From assembly GCF_003334335.1 (NCBI RefSeq), contig NZ_QOWQ01000013.1: a stretch of DNA of 64,000 bases; one strand, given 5' to 3'. This stretch comes from Escherichia coli. Its GTDB lineage: Bacteria; Pseudomonadota; Gammaproteobacteria; Enterobacterales; Enterobacteriaceae. This document shows, in pieces, positions 40,022 through 50,508 of this stretch. Under the pieces are notes generated by a model, which had not been told where the DNA came from, ran no database searches, and saw only the letters and a list, made by a program, of their open reading frames with translations. Made by a program: the position numbers and the translations under genes. Positions within the stretch are counted from its first letter, which is position 1, and each line of letters begins with the position of its first letter.

Positions 40022-40933
40022 ATGGATGACTGTGGTGCGGTTTTGCATAATATTGAAACCAAATGGCTTTATGATTTTCTGACCCTGGAAAAATGCCGCA
40101 ACTTTTCCCAGGCGGCAGTCAGTCGCAACGTCTCGCAACCGGCATTCAGCCGCCGCATCCGTGCACTGGAACAGGCGATTGGCGTTGAATTGTTTAACCG
40201 CCAGGTGACGCCGCTGCAACTCTCGGAACAAGGGAAAATCTTCCATTCGCAGATCCGCCATCTGTTGCAACAGTTAGAAAGCAACCTTGCAGAACTCCGT
40301 GGCGGCAGCGATTACGCGCAACGTAAAATCAAGATAGCCGCTGCACACTCTCTTTCCCTCGGTCTGTTACCGTCCATTATCAGCCAGATGCCGCCGCTCT
40401 TTACCTGGGCGATTGAAGCCATTGATGTTGATGAAGCGGTCGATAAACTGCGTGAAGGGCAAAGTGACTGTATTTTTTCCTTTCACGACGAAGATTTGCT
40501 GGAAGCGCCGTTTGACCACATTCGCTTATTTGAATCTCAATTGTTCCCCGTCTGCGCAAGTGACGAACACGGAGAAGCACTGTTTACCCTCGCGCAGCCA
40601 CACTTTCCGTTACTGAATTACAGCCGCAACTCCTACATGGGGCGATTGATTAATCGCACCCTGACGCGCCACAGTGAGTTAAGTTTCAGCACCTTTTTTG
40701 TCTCTTCGATGAGCGAGCTTTTAAAGCAGGTTGCCCTCGACGGCTGTGGGATTGCCTGGCTGCCGGAGTACGCCATCCAACAAGAAATTCGCAGCGGGCA
40801 GCTCGTTGTACTGAATCGGGAAGAACTGGTGATCCCGATTCAGGCCTACGCATACCGGATGAATACCCGCATGAATCCAGTTGCCGAACGCTTCTGGCGT
40901 GAACTGCGCGAGCTGGAGATTGTGCTTAGCTGA
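40022..40933 (+). CDS. hypT: LysR-family transcriptional regulator HypT (YjiE)
   Basis: 303-aa ORF; N-terminal LysR-type HTH. Confidence 0.9.
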   Translation: MDDCGAVLHNIETKWLYDFLTLEKCRNFSQAAVSRNVSQPAFSRRIRALEQAIGVELFNRQVTPLQLSEQGKIFHSQIRHLLQQLESNLAELRGGSDYAQRKIKIAAAHSLSLGLLPSIISQMPPLFTWAIEAIDVDEAVDKLREGQSDCIFSFHDEDLLEAPFDHIRLFESQLFPVCASDEHGEALFTLAQPHFPLLNYSRNSYMGRLINRTLTRHSELSFSTFFVSSMSELLKQVALDGCGIAWLPEYAIQQEIRSGQLVVLNREELVIPIQAYAYRMNTRMNPVAERFWRELRELEIVLS

Positions 40934-41318
40934 CATTCTCCAGCGTCGCACTACGCCAACCGCCATTATCCCAGACCAGATCAAACGTTAGCGGTTCATC
41001 GTCGTGGTACAGCATTATCTCAAGGCTGATCGCCAGCGTGTGGCTGTACGCTTCTTTCAAATTGACCTGCAACGCCGCAATCCGTGGCTCATGAAATAAC
41101 AGTGCAGAACGTAGCTGACGGCAATACCAGCTCTGAAGATGTTTGTCGCTCTGGTTATGCACTTGCCACTCGGGCATGCCTGAAACAAGTAATGACGGTA
41201 ATGCCGAATGAGGAGAATTAAAAAGAGTGAGGAGATCGCTGCATACCGATTTACGCAGCAATGACGTTTTATTGCCTGAAATTTCAGGTAAAACAGCCTG
41301 AAGTGATTGGCGCATCAT
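40926..41318 (-). CDS. iraD: Anti-adaptor protein IraD (RpoS stabiliser)
   Basis: ORF 40926..41327; convergent with hypT and overlapping it by 8 bp; start chosen at [15 protein letters not shown]. Confidence 0.85.
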   Translation of the reverse strand: MMRQSLQAVLPEISGNKTSLLRKSVCSDLLTLFNSPHSALPSLLVSGMPEWQVHNQSDKHLQSWYCRQLRSALLFHEPRIAALQVNLKEAYSHTLAISLEIMLYHDDEPLTFDLVWDNGGWRSATLENVS

Positions 41319-41989
41319 TTTGCGCACTCCTGACGTTTAGCAACATATGCGGCTTGCCCTGAACACCGGGCACCACTGTATTGATGCTCATTTTCCATAG
41401 CCATTCCCTTTTGTTCATTACATCCATGTCAGTCTGAGACAGGCCTGAATCCTGTCAGCAAAGTATAAAACCTTACTTGCCTATGAATATCTACTGACTT
41501 TTCAGGAAAAAAGTCATGATTTGATAAAAATCATCAAACTCAAAAAAAAACCGCTAGTATATTCTGAATATTCCGAATAGTTACGTAGATGAAAATACTT
41601 GTCACCGCCGCTACTTAATTCCGGTGGGAAATTATTTATTTCCGCATAATCAGCCATGCATTATTTGAAACAATTAGTTTGTAAATAATATAAATTGATA
41701 ACATATCAAATACATCAAAAATACCATTCACAGGCATTATTAATATAGACATCAATATAGCAACATCAAATTCCAATTAGTAATAAGATATGCTTTTAAA
41801 TTGCATGCAAATAATTTTAAATGAGCGTTTTTTGATACTTTAGAGTGTTTCCCACCCTTTAATATCACCGTGTAGAGTTGATATCACTACAACAGAAACA
41901 TGCATGTCATTTGTTTACTTCTCTTTTTACTACAGAAAAATTTATCTATTTTTCTAAACATCAGTGAAATACTCATAAAGGTAACTATT

Positions 41990-42820
41990 ATGTCTATGCC
42001 ATTAAGCAATGCCCTTCAGAGTCAAATTATTACAGATGATCACTTCCTTCATCATCCAAAAGTCGACAATAAGTTAACATGTGAATATGAATATGCACGC
42101 ATGGATACGGAAAATATCTATCTTCTGCCTCTTACTCGTGGCAATAACCATAATTACGATGGAAAAAGCGTTGTCGAAATTAGAAAACTTGATATTAGTA
42201 AAGAGTCCTGGCCATTTAATTATGTGACAGAAACATGCAGAGAATCCGATGGTATTACAACAACAGGACGTATGCTCTATCGAAACTTGAAAATCACCTC
42301 AGCTTTAGACGAAATATATGGTGGTATATGTAAAAAGGCGCATGCTGCCACAGAGTTAGCAGAAGGATTACAACTAAATTTATTTATGAAGAGCCCTTTC
42401 GATCCTGTTGAGGACTATACAGTTCATGAAATAACATTAGGCCCTGGTTGCAATGTTCCTGGTTATGCCGGAACCACAATAGGATATATTTCAACCCTTC
42501 CAGCTTCTCAGGCAAAAAGATGGACCAATGAGCAGCCAAGGATTGATATCTATATTGATCAGATAATGACGGTAACAGGGGTAGCAAATTCTTCCGGATT
42601 CGCCCTTGCCGCATTACTTAATGCTAATATTGGGATGGGAAATGACCCAATAATTGGTATAGAAGCCTATCCAGGTACCGCGGAGATCCATGCAAAAATG
42701 GGATATAAAGTTATCCCCGGTGATGAAGATGCAAAACTCAAACGTATGACTCTGCAACCGTCATCTCTTCCAGAGCTATTTGAATTAAAAAATGGTGAAT
42801 GGAATTATATTGGTAAATAA
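41990..42820 (+). CDS. yjiC: Uncharacterised protein YjiC
   Basis: ORF 41900..42820; internal start MSMPLSNALQSQ at 41990 gives 276 aa; AT-rich gene. Confidence 0.8.
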   Translation: MSMPLSNALQSQIITDDHFLHHPKVDNKLTCEYEYARMDTENIYLLPLTRGNNHNYDGKSVVEIRKLDISKESWPFNYVTETCRESDGITTTGRMLYRNLKITSALDEIYGGICKKAHAATELAEGLQLNLFMKSPFDPVEDYTVHEITLGPGCNVPGYAGTTIGYISTLPASQAKRWTNEQPRIDIYIDQIMTVTGVANSSGFALAALLNANIGMGNDPIIGIEAYPGTAEIHAKMGYKVIPGDEDAKLKRMTLQPSSLPELFELKNGEWNYIGK

Positions 42821-42960
42821 CCACTGAGAAGAATGAGTACTAATATTCAGGTTATACAGATATTTAAACAATACCCTGTAATTTACAAAGTAATACTCAT
42901 TGCGACTTCTTAATTTAAGAAAGCGCAAGGAACGTTTACCCTTGCGCTTATCATAATAAG

Positions 42961-43734
42961 TCAGGCGTCGACTTTATCCAGCGGCCATGAATCAAACAGA
43001 TAGCCGTCAAAATAAATATCGTCAACGTTCGAGAATTCCAGCAAACGTTGTTTAACGTTTTCCAGATGCTGCCACATTGCCAGCTTCGCCGCTCGGGCAT
43101 CTTTTTTGATTAACGCGGCGAGGATCTGTTTGTGATCGCCCAACCACTCTTTGCGATACAGGCTGTCATCCAGATGGCTGTGCAACTGGATCCACATCGG
43201 ATTGTTTTCCCGCCACTGCCAGGACTGACGGAATAGCTCCACCAGCATGCTGTTATGCGTCGCTTCGGCAATGGCGAGATGAAACTGCATGTCACCACTT
43301 TCGCTGCTGCCCGGTGCGCTGGAAGCCAGTTCACGCTCTTCCAGTTGTAATGCCTGGCGCATTTTGACGATATCTTCGCGGGTAGCCTGCAGGGCGGCAA
43401 ATTCCGCGATGTTACTTTCCAGTAACTGACGCGCCTGTAACAGCTCAAAAGGACCCGCATCATTGCAGACGTTGGCATCCGGACCGTCTGTGTTCTGGCT
43501 GCCTGAGCTATCAAGAACATAGATACCGGCACCCCGACGCACTTCCACCAGCCCTTTGATCTCCAGCATGATCAGCGCTTCACGTACCACCGTCCGCGTG
43601 ACATCAAGCATTTCTGCAATTTCACGCTCCGGCGGCAGCCGTTCGCCAGGATTGTACGGCGTCTTTATGATCAGATCGCGGATCATCGCCCCGACTTCCT
43701 GGTAAGGTCTTTGCGCAGAGGTGGCAGATTTCAT
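42961..43734 (-). CDS. uxuR: GntR/FadR-family repressor UxuR
   Basis: 257-aa ORF with GntR HTH, adjacent to uxuBA. Confidence 0.92.
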   Translation of the reverse strand: MKSATSAQRPYQEVGAMIRDLIIKTPYNPGERLPPEREIAEMLDVTRTVVREALIMLEIKGLVEVRRGAGIYVLDSSGSQNTDGPDANVCNDAGPFELLQARQLLESNIAEFAALQATREDIVKMRQALQLEERELASSAPGSSESGDMQFHLAIAEATHNSMLVELFRQSWQWRENNPMWIQLHSHLDDSLYRKEWLGDHKQILAALIKKDARAAKLAMWQHLENVKQRLLEFSNVDDIYFDGYLFDSWPLDKVDA

Positions 43735-43771
43735 GGTGTTGTGTCCGTTAGATGCGGTTAATCAAATTTTT

Positions 43772-43806
43772 GCCGGATGCGGCGTGAATGCCTTATACGG
43801 CCTACA
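43772..43806. repeat. REP element
   Basis: gccggatgcggcgtgaatgccttatacggcctac. Confidence 0.55.
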
Positions 43807-43948
43807 ACGGGCAATTTTACGGCACCCGTTAATCTCAAACTATACCATTAGCACTGGAAGTTGGCACGTACAGGTGGGCAAAAAAACGAAAACTGGTCAA
43901 CCAAATATGCGTTTGATTGACCAGTAAGTCTGTAGGGTAATCAGTTAG

Positions 43949-45409
43949 TTACAGCGCAGCCACACACTCGCGCGCACCGCGTTCGCACAGCTGCTGATAT
44001 GCCGTCGTCACCGCGCCAACAAAGTCGGCATTCTGCGGCAGATCATCGGCAAAGATACCACTCAGGCCCAGCAGCGCTTTCACGCGGTCTGCGCCCTGAT
44101 ACTGCGCGTTGATCTTCTGGAACTCCGCCAGCATCGGGTCGACCACGTCAATAGCTTTACCCTGCTCATCCACGCCCTGGGTGTAACGCATCCAGCCAGC
44201 CACGCCCAGCGCCAGATGACGCCAGCTACCGCCGTTTTGCAGGTGCAGACGCACCGGATCCAGCAGACGCTGGGGTAACTTCTGGCTGCCGTCCATTGCA
44301 ATCTGCCAGGTACGGTGACGCAGAGACGGGTTGCTGAAACGCTCGATCAGCAGCGTCGCATAGGCGTTCAGGTCTGTACCTTCCGGCATCGACAGCGTTG
44401 GCGCTTGTTCCTGCATCATCAGGGCAAAGGCCGCTTTGCGATAATCCGGGTTAGTCATGGTGTCGGCAATAGTTTCATAGCCGCCGAGGTAACCGAGGTA
44501 CGCCAGGAAAGAGTGGCTGCCGTTCAGCATACGCAGCTTCATCATTTCGAACGGCACAACGTCTGCAACAAACTGTGCGCCCACTTTATCCCAGTCCGGG
44601 CGACCATTAACGAAGTTATCTTCAATTACCCACTGACGGAACGGTTCGCAGGCAATGGCGCACGGGTCGTAAACACCCAGCTGGTCAGCAATTTCCTGTA
44701 AGGTTTCTGGCGTCGCCGCCGGAACGATGCGGTCAACCATGGTGCACGGGAAGGTGACGTTCTCTTCAATCCATGCCGCCAGCTGTGGATCACGCGCCTG
44801 AGCCAGCCCCAGAACCGCGACCTTCGCCACATGACCGTTTTCACGCACGTTGTCGCAGGACATCACCGTAAACGCTTTCAGCCCTTTTTCACGACGCAGG
44901 CGCAAGGCTTCGACGATGTAACCAATCGCGGACTTCGGCGCAGTCGGGTTTTCCAGATCGTGCTTGATCAGCGGGTTATTGAGATCCAGCTGACCGCTTG
45001 CCGCATCGGCGCAATAACCTTTTTCCGTGACCGTCAGGGAGGCAATCGCCGTCTGCGGACGCGCCATCGCGTTGAGAATACCTTCACAACCGTCGATTTC
45101 CGGATGCAGGGCTTCTTTCATCGAACCGATAATTTTCAGCTCGGTGCTTTCTGCGCCTTTTTCCGCCACGGTGTATAGCAGTTGCTGTTTTTTCAGGTTT
45201 TCGATCAGCACGCGGTCGTTACCTGGCATCAGGTTAACTTCGCAGATACCCCAGTCGCTGTCGGTGCTTTCCAGCAGATGATGGGTGTACAGCGCCTGGT
45301 GCGCGCGGTGAAACGCCCCGCAACCGAGATGCACAATGCGTGATTCCAGACGAGAATGATCCCATGACGGGCGGGCAACCGGCAGATTGCTGTCAACAAT
45401 AGTAGTCAT
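43949..45409 (-). CDS. uxuB: D-mannonate oxidoreductase (fructuronate reductase) UxuB
   Basis: 486-aa ORF; Rossmann motif near N-terminus (HLGCGAFHRAHQ). Confidence 0.92.
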   Translation of the reverse strand: MTTIVDSNLPVARPSWDHSRLESRIVHLGCGAFHRAHQALYTHHLLESTDSDWGICEVNLMPGNDRVLIENLKKQQLLYTVAEKGAESTELKIIGSMKEALHPEIDGCEGILNAMARPQTAIASLTVTEKGYCADAASGQLDLNNPLIKHDLENPTAPKSAIGYIVEALRLRREKGLKAFTVMSCDNVRENGHVAKVAVLGLAQARDPQLAAWIEENVTFPCTMVDRIVPAATPETLQEIADQLGVYDPCAIACEPFRQWVIEDNFVNGRPDWDKVGAQFVADVVPFEMMKLRMLNGSHSFLAYLGYLGGYETIADTMTNPDYRKAAFALMMQEQAPTLSMPEGTDLNAYATLLIERFSNPSLRHRTWQIAMDGSQKLPQRLLDPVRLHLQNGGSWRHLALGVAGWMRYTQGVDEQGKAIDVVDPMLAEFQKINAQYQGADRVKALLGLSGIFADDLPQNADFVGAVTTAYQQLCERGARECVAAL

Positions 45410-45489
45410 CGTAAACTCCAGAATCCGTCTTCAGAGAGTGACGGCAAGGAAGAAGGAACCGGCACGGCGCGCAGCCATGCCGGTGGATA

Positions 45490-46674
45490 TTAACGGCTAA
45501 AGAAAGCGCGCTGGATCGCCAGTTCGACACCGCGAACTTCGGCCAGGCCTTTCAGACGACCAATTGCGGAGTAACCTGGGTTGGTTTTCTTCTTCAGGTC
45601 GTCCAGCATCTGATGACCGTGGTCCGGACGCATCGGGATCAGGTCTTCTTTGCCTTCCGCTTTACGACGGTGTTCTTCTTCAACAATCGCTTTCACCACT
45701 TCGTACATATCAACGTCACCGTTCAGGTGCGCCGCTTCGTGGAAGGTTTTCGGGTTATCTTCACGCATGGTGGAGCGCAGATGGGTGAAGTAAATACGCG
45801 GACCAAACTGCTTGATCATATCAACCAGATCGTTGTCAGCACGCACGCCGTAGGAACCGGTGCACATGGTAAAACCGTTCGCCATGCTGTTTACGGTATC
45901 AACCATCCACTGCATATCTTCAATGGTGGAAACAATGCGCGGCAGGCCGAGGATCGGGCGCGGCGGATCGTCCGGGTGAACAGCCATACGCACGCCAACT
46001 TCTTCGGCAACCGGAATAATGGCTTTCAGGAAGACAGCAAAGTTTTCGCGCAGTTTGGCTTTGTCGATATCTTTGTACAGCTCCAGGTGCTTACGGAACT
46101 GGTCGAGGGTGTAGCCTTCTTCCGCGCCCGGCAGACCGGCAATGATGTTACGGGTCAGACGCGCTTTGTCTTCGTCGCTCATAGTAGCGAAGCGAACAGC
46201 AGCCTGAGCAATTTCTTCTTCGGTGTAATCCGCTTCCGCGCCTGGACGCTTCAGGATATGCATTTCGAATGCAGCGAATTCGATCTGGTCGAAGCGCAGC
46301 GCTTTGGAGCCGTCCGGCAGCACGTATTCGAGGTCAGTACGGGTCCAGTCGAGCACCGGCATGAAGTTGTAGCACACGGTGCGAATGCCGCACTGCGCCA
46401 GGTTGCGCAGGGTCTGCTGATAGTTAGCGATCCACTGCTCGTAGTTGCCAGTGTGGGTTTTGATATCTTCGTGAATTGGCACGCTTTCTACGACAGACCA
46501 CACCAGGCCTGCGTCTTCAACGATCGCCTTGCGTTTGAGGATCTCTTCTACGGACCATACTTCGCCGTTCGGGATATGGTGCAGCGCGGTAACCACGCCA
46601 GTTGCGCCCGCCTGACGGACATCAGCTAAAGAAACCGGATCGTTTGGGCCGTACCAGCGCCAGGTCTGTTCCAT
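45490..46674 (-). CDS. uxuA: D-mannonate dehydratase UxuA
   Basis: ORF 45490..46710; start [16 protein letters not shown] at 46674 gives 394 aa. Confidence 0.92.
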
Positions 46675-47013
46675 GATTTTTCCTCTTTCACATAGTGGGT
46701 TCCACAGCAAAGAGACGCGGAACCCCGGAGTTGTTTAGGTATCCGGATGAACAACCAGACCGCAGCCGTGGCGTTGCATCGGATGAGATGGCGTATAAGT
46801 TCTACCTTTTGGTAAGACATGTCAACCCGAAATCTGAAATTGGTTAACCACATCACAAGAATTTTACTCTCACGGTTGTTGCTGCAAATTGCAGCAAAGG
46901 GTAATCGATGGTTATTGATCAGAGGATGTGACATTCATCGCAATAATGGTTGACCAATTTACATAACATGTCGCCCAAAATAACAACGGTTCAACCAGGT
47001 AAGGTAAAACGTT

Positions 47014-48357
47014 ATGCATGTGCTTAACATTCTCTGGGTGGTATTCGGCATTGGCCTGATGCTGGTACTGAATTTGAAGTTCAAAATCAATTCAATGGTG
47101 GCTTTGCTAGTGGCGGCGCTGTCCGTCGGGATGCTGGCGGGCATGGATTTGATGTCGCTGCTGCACACCATGAAAGCGGGCTTCGGCAACACGCTGGGGG
47201 AACTGGCGATCATCGTGGTGTTCGGTGCGGTCATCGGTAAATTGATGGTCGACTCCGGCGCGGCGCACCAGATAGCGCATACGCTGCTGGCGCGTCTCGG
47301 TCTGCGCTATGTACAGCTGTCGGTAATTATCATCGGCCTGATTTTCGGTCTGGCGATGTTCTATGAAGTGGCCTTTATCATGTTAGCGCCGCTGGTTATC
47401 GTGATTGCCGCCGAAGCTAAAATCCCGTTCCTGAAACTGGCGATCCCGGCAGTAGCAGCAGCCACTACCGCACATTCACTGTTCCCACCGCAGCCGGGTC
47501 CGGTGGCGCTGGTGAATGCTTATGGCGCAGATATGGGGATGGTTTATATCTATGGCGTCCTGGTGACGATCCCAAGTGTCATCTGCGCAGGTCTGATCCT
47601 GCCGAAGTTCCTCGGCAATCTTGAGCGCCCAACGCCATCATTCCTGAAAGCAGATCAACCGGTAGATATGAATAATCTGCCCTCTTTCGGCGTTTCGATT
47701 CTGGTGCCGCTGATCCCGGCGATCATTATGATCTCCACCACCATCGCCAATATCTGGCTGGTAAAAGATACCCCTGCGTGGGAAGTGGTTAACTTTATCG
47801 GTTCCTCGCCGATTGCAATGTTTATTGCGATGGTGGTTGCATTCGTACTCTTTGGTACCGCGCGTGGTCATGACATGCAGTGGGTGATGAACGCTTTTGA
47901 AAGCGCGGTGAAGAGCATTGCAATGGTGATTCTGATCATCGGTGCGGGTGGCGTGCTGAAGCAGACCATCATCGACACCGGCATTGGTGACACCATCGGC
48001 ATGTTGATGTCCCACGGCAATATCTCGCCCTACATCATGGCATGGCTGATCACCGTACTGATTCGTCTGGCGACGGGTCAGGGTGTGGTTTCGGCGATGA
48101 CCGCTGCCGGGATTATCAGTGCAGCAATCCTTGATCCAGCAACTGGTCAGCTGGTTGGCGTGAATCCGGCGCTGCTGGTACTGGCGACGGCTGCGGGTTC
48201 CAACACCCTCACCCACATTAACGATGCCTCATTCTGGTTGTTCAAAGGTTACTTTGACCTGTCAGTAAAAGACACGTTGAAAACCTGGGGTCTGCTGGAG
48301 CTGGTCAACTCCGTGGTTGGGCTGATTATTGTTTTGATTATCAGCATGGTAGCGTAA
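47014..48357 (+). CDS. gntP: Gluconate/fructuronate transporter GntP
   Basis: 447-aa GntP-family permease ORF divergent from uxuA. Confidence 0.92.
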
Positions 48358-48367
48358 AAGAGCACCT

Positions 48368-48395
48368 GAGCCTGCCATTGGCAGGCTCTGTTCGG
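48368..48395 (+). terminator. Hairpin terminator after gntP, followed by a REP element (about 48423..48458)
   Basis: agcctgcc attg gcaggct stem-loop; downstream gccagatgcgacgctgacgcgtcttatctggcctac REP. Confidence 0.5.
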
Positions 48396-48530
48396 ATTGT
48401 CGACAAAGTGCGCTTTGTTTATGCCAGATGCGACGCTGACGCGTCTTATCTGGCCTACAGAGGGCTAACGTGCAGTTTTTTAGCTTCAGGCAATATTGCG
48501 TACCAGCATTAGCAATGCCCTGTAATTTTT

Positions 48531-49433
48531 TTATTGATAAACAAAAGTCACGCCAATAATCGATTGCACATTCCCTGCAGTCACCTGCCCTCCGGTACGT
48601 GCGTAATTTGCCGTTAATCCCAGACTTACCGCCGAAGTCCCTACTGCTCCTAACGATACCGTGTTATTCGCTGGAATAATCGTACCGTTGCGCGTCAACT
48701 GTACGCCGACGCCCTGCGCTGGTGAAAACGACGCGGTATTGGTGAAAATCGAGTTGCCCGCATCTGCGGTTGTGCCGGAGAGGTAAAACCCCAGGTTTTG
48801 GCTTTTCGCACAATAAACGGTAAGAGGAATCGGCACCGAACCGGGATAGTCCGGCAGAGTAACGGTGACATCACGAGCAGAAACATCGCAGCCGCCAGTA
48901 GGCACCACCACATCATTATTGGCGTAAATATTCCACACAAACTGGAAATCATCGCTGTTATAGTTGTTGGTCTGTCGCAAAATAAGCACGGCAATTAATG
49001 AGCCAGCTTTAATCGCCACCCCGCCCGCACTGCTCACAGGCGTCAAATAAAGCGCCACCGGCCACGGCTTATCCGTTCTCGAATTATAAACAACGCGCGG
49101 CGTTTCGCTGGTGGTAGGAAATGGATAGCTACTGCCACTATATTTTACGGTCCCGGAAAAATTAGATAACACGCCGCCATAAGCAGAGCCTCGTTGCAGT
49201 GTGACATAGTCTGTAATGGTTTCCGGGTAATCGTTATGGCAAAAGATTTGCGTCGAAAGATCTACGACCAGGTTTTGCCCCACATTCACGGCGGGCGCAA
49301 GGTTTACATAAACATTGGCGCTGCCACCGCCAATAGGGATAGCGGTGCCATTGGCGGTTTTACAGGCGAATGACCAGGCATTTACCGACCAGCCCATCAG
49401 CAGTGCAGCAAACAGGTTAATAACTCGTTTCAT
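48531..49433 (-). CDS. fimH: Type 1 fimbrial adhesin FimH (mannose-binding)
   Basis: ORF 48531..49442; start MKRVINLFAALLMGWSVNAWS gives 300 aa; FACKTANGTAIPIGGGSANVYVNLAP lectin-domain start. Confidence 0.95.
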   Translation of the reverse strand: MKRVINLFAALLMGWSVNAWSFACKTANGTAIPIGGGSANVYVNLAPAVNVGQNLVVDLSTQIFCHNDYPETITDYVTLQRGSAYGGVLSNFSGTVKYSGSSYPFPTTSETPRVVYNSRTDKPWPVALYLTPVSSAGGVAIKAGSLIAVLILRQTNNYNSDDFQFVWNIYANNDVVVPTGGCDVSARDVTVTLPDYPGSVPIPLTVYCAKSQNLGFYLSGTTADAGNSIFTNTASFSPAQGVGVQLTRNGTIIPANNTVSLGAVGTSAVSLGLTANYARTGGQVTAGNVQSIIGVTFVYQ

Positions 49434-49452
49434 TACAATCATCTCTTCGGCT

Positions 49453-49956
49453 TCAGCTGTAGGTATAGGTGATGCTAATCACTGCCTGAATGGTTCCCTG
49501 AGTGGCTCCGCCATTTACCGTCAATGCTCTGACCTGTAACGGGAAGTGCGCTGATTGTGAGGAATCATCCACCTGAACTGTTTTGGTTGCGCCAGTATTC
49601 AATGTGTTGCCACTGTCATCCTGTAGCTCTAACTGGATGTTTTGCGCGGTCCCTTGGTTTTTATAATATCCGGTACTGTCGGCTGCCCCGCTGAAGCTGG
49701 CGGTGACCCTCGACGTTCCCACCGGACAATTAGTCAACTCAAGCGCAACATCATGCCAGGCCGATGCCGCCCCGGCAGACATCAGACTGAAAGAATAAAG
49801 ATCGCCGCGATCTACCGTGGCATTGGTGGTGGAAACCGTGCACGGTTTGGCGACGACCTTACCGTTCACCGTGATGGTGACATCGGCTGCCTGTATCGTC
49901 GCACTTGCGAGCGCCAATATTGCCGCCAATACATACCCACGTTTGCACCATTTCAT
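49453..49956 (-). CDS. fimG: Type 1 fimbrial minor subunit FimG
   Basis: 167-aa pilin-like ORF within the fim operon. Confidence 0.92.
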   Translation of the reverse strand: MKWCKRGYVLAAILALASATIQAADVTITVNGKVVAKPCTVSTTNATVDRGDLYSFSLMSAGAASAWHDVALELTNCPVGTSRVTASFSGAADSTGYYKNQGTAQNIQLELQDDSGNTLNTGATKTVQVDDSSQSAHFPLQVRALTVNGGATQGTIQAVISITYTYS

Positions 49957-49968
49957 GAGCATCTCCAG

Positions 49969-50499
49969 TTACTGATATTCAAGAGTGAAGGTAGCCGTGG
50001 CATTGATATGCCCCGCAGTGACAGGCACCTGTGTCGCCATTAGCCGGGCGTAAAAATTCAGCGTATTTGGTTTACCCGGCGTCAGGGTCGTCCACGAAAT
50101 CGCGGACGATGGGGCATTAATGGGTATCTGATTTTGTTGCTCATTCAGAAGCTGTATTCCCAGTCCCGCAGCCGCTGACACCGTATTTTCAAGTGCAAGC
50201 AGGTTGGCATTGTGGCTATCTGCAACACCGGTAAACCCAACTTTTACGGCAGAAACGGCATTACCACAGGGTGACAGCAAAATACGAAATGGAACGACAG
50301 GAGTCGTCGCGCCAATGTTGTTAAATTGCTTCGCCGCGTTTTCCATCAGATCAACAGTAAAATTGGTTGATTCAGCGGCCACACTACAGCCGTTATCTCT
50401 GACATAGCCGCGGATAGTAATCGTGCTATCCGCAGCCAAAGCGTGACTTACCGCCAGCCACAAAAAAGCGCACAGAAGATAAAAAGGTTTGTTTCTCAT
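49969..50499 (-). CDS. fimF: Type 1 fimbrial minor subunit FimF
   Basis: 176-aa pilin-like ORF. Confidence 0.92.
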   Translation of the reverse strand: MRNKPFYLLCAFLWLAVSHALAADSTITIRGYVRDNGCSVAAESTNFTVDLMENAAKQFNNIGATTPVVPFRILLSPCGNAVSAVKVGFTGVADSHNANLLALENTVSAAAGLGIQLLNEQQNQIPINAPSSAISWTTLTPGKPNTLNFYARLMATQVPVTAGHINATATFTLEYQ

Positions 50500-50508
50500 C
50501 ACGCCCCC

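Noticed and set aside
45613-46629. 338-aa plus-strand ORF overlapping uxuA; similar antisense ORFs over uxuB and yjiR (19046..19585)
   Set aside because: Reverse-frame artefacts of well-supported genes.
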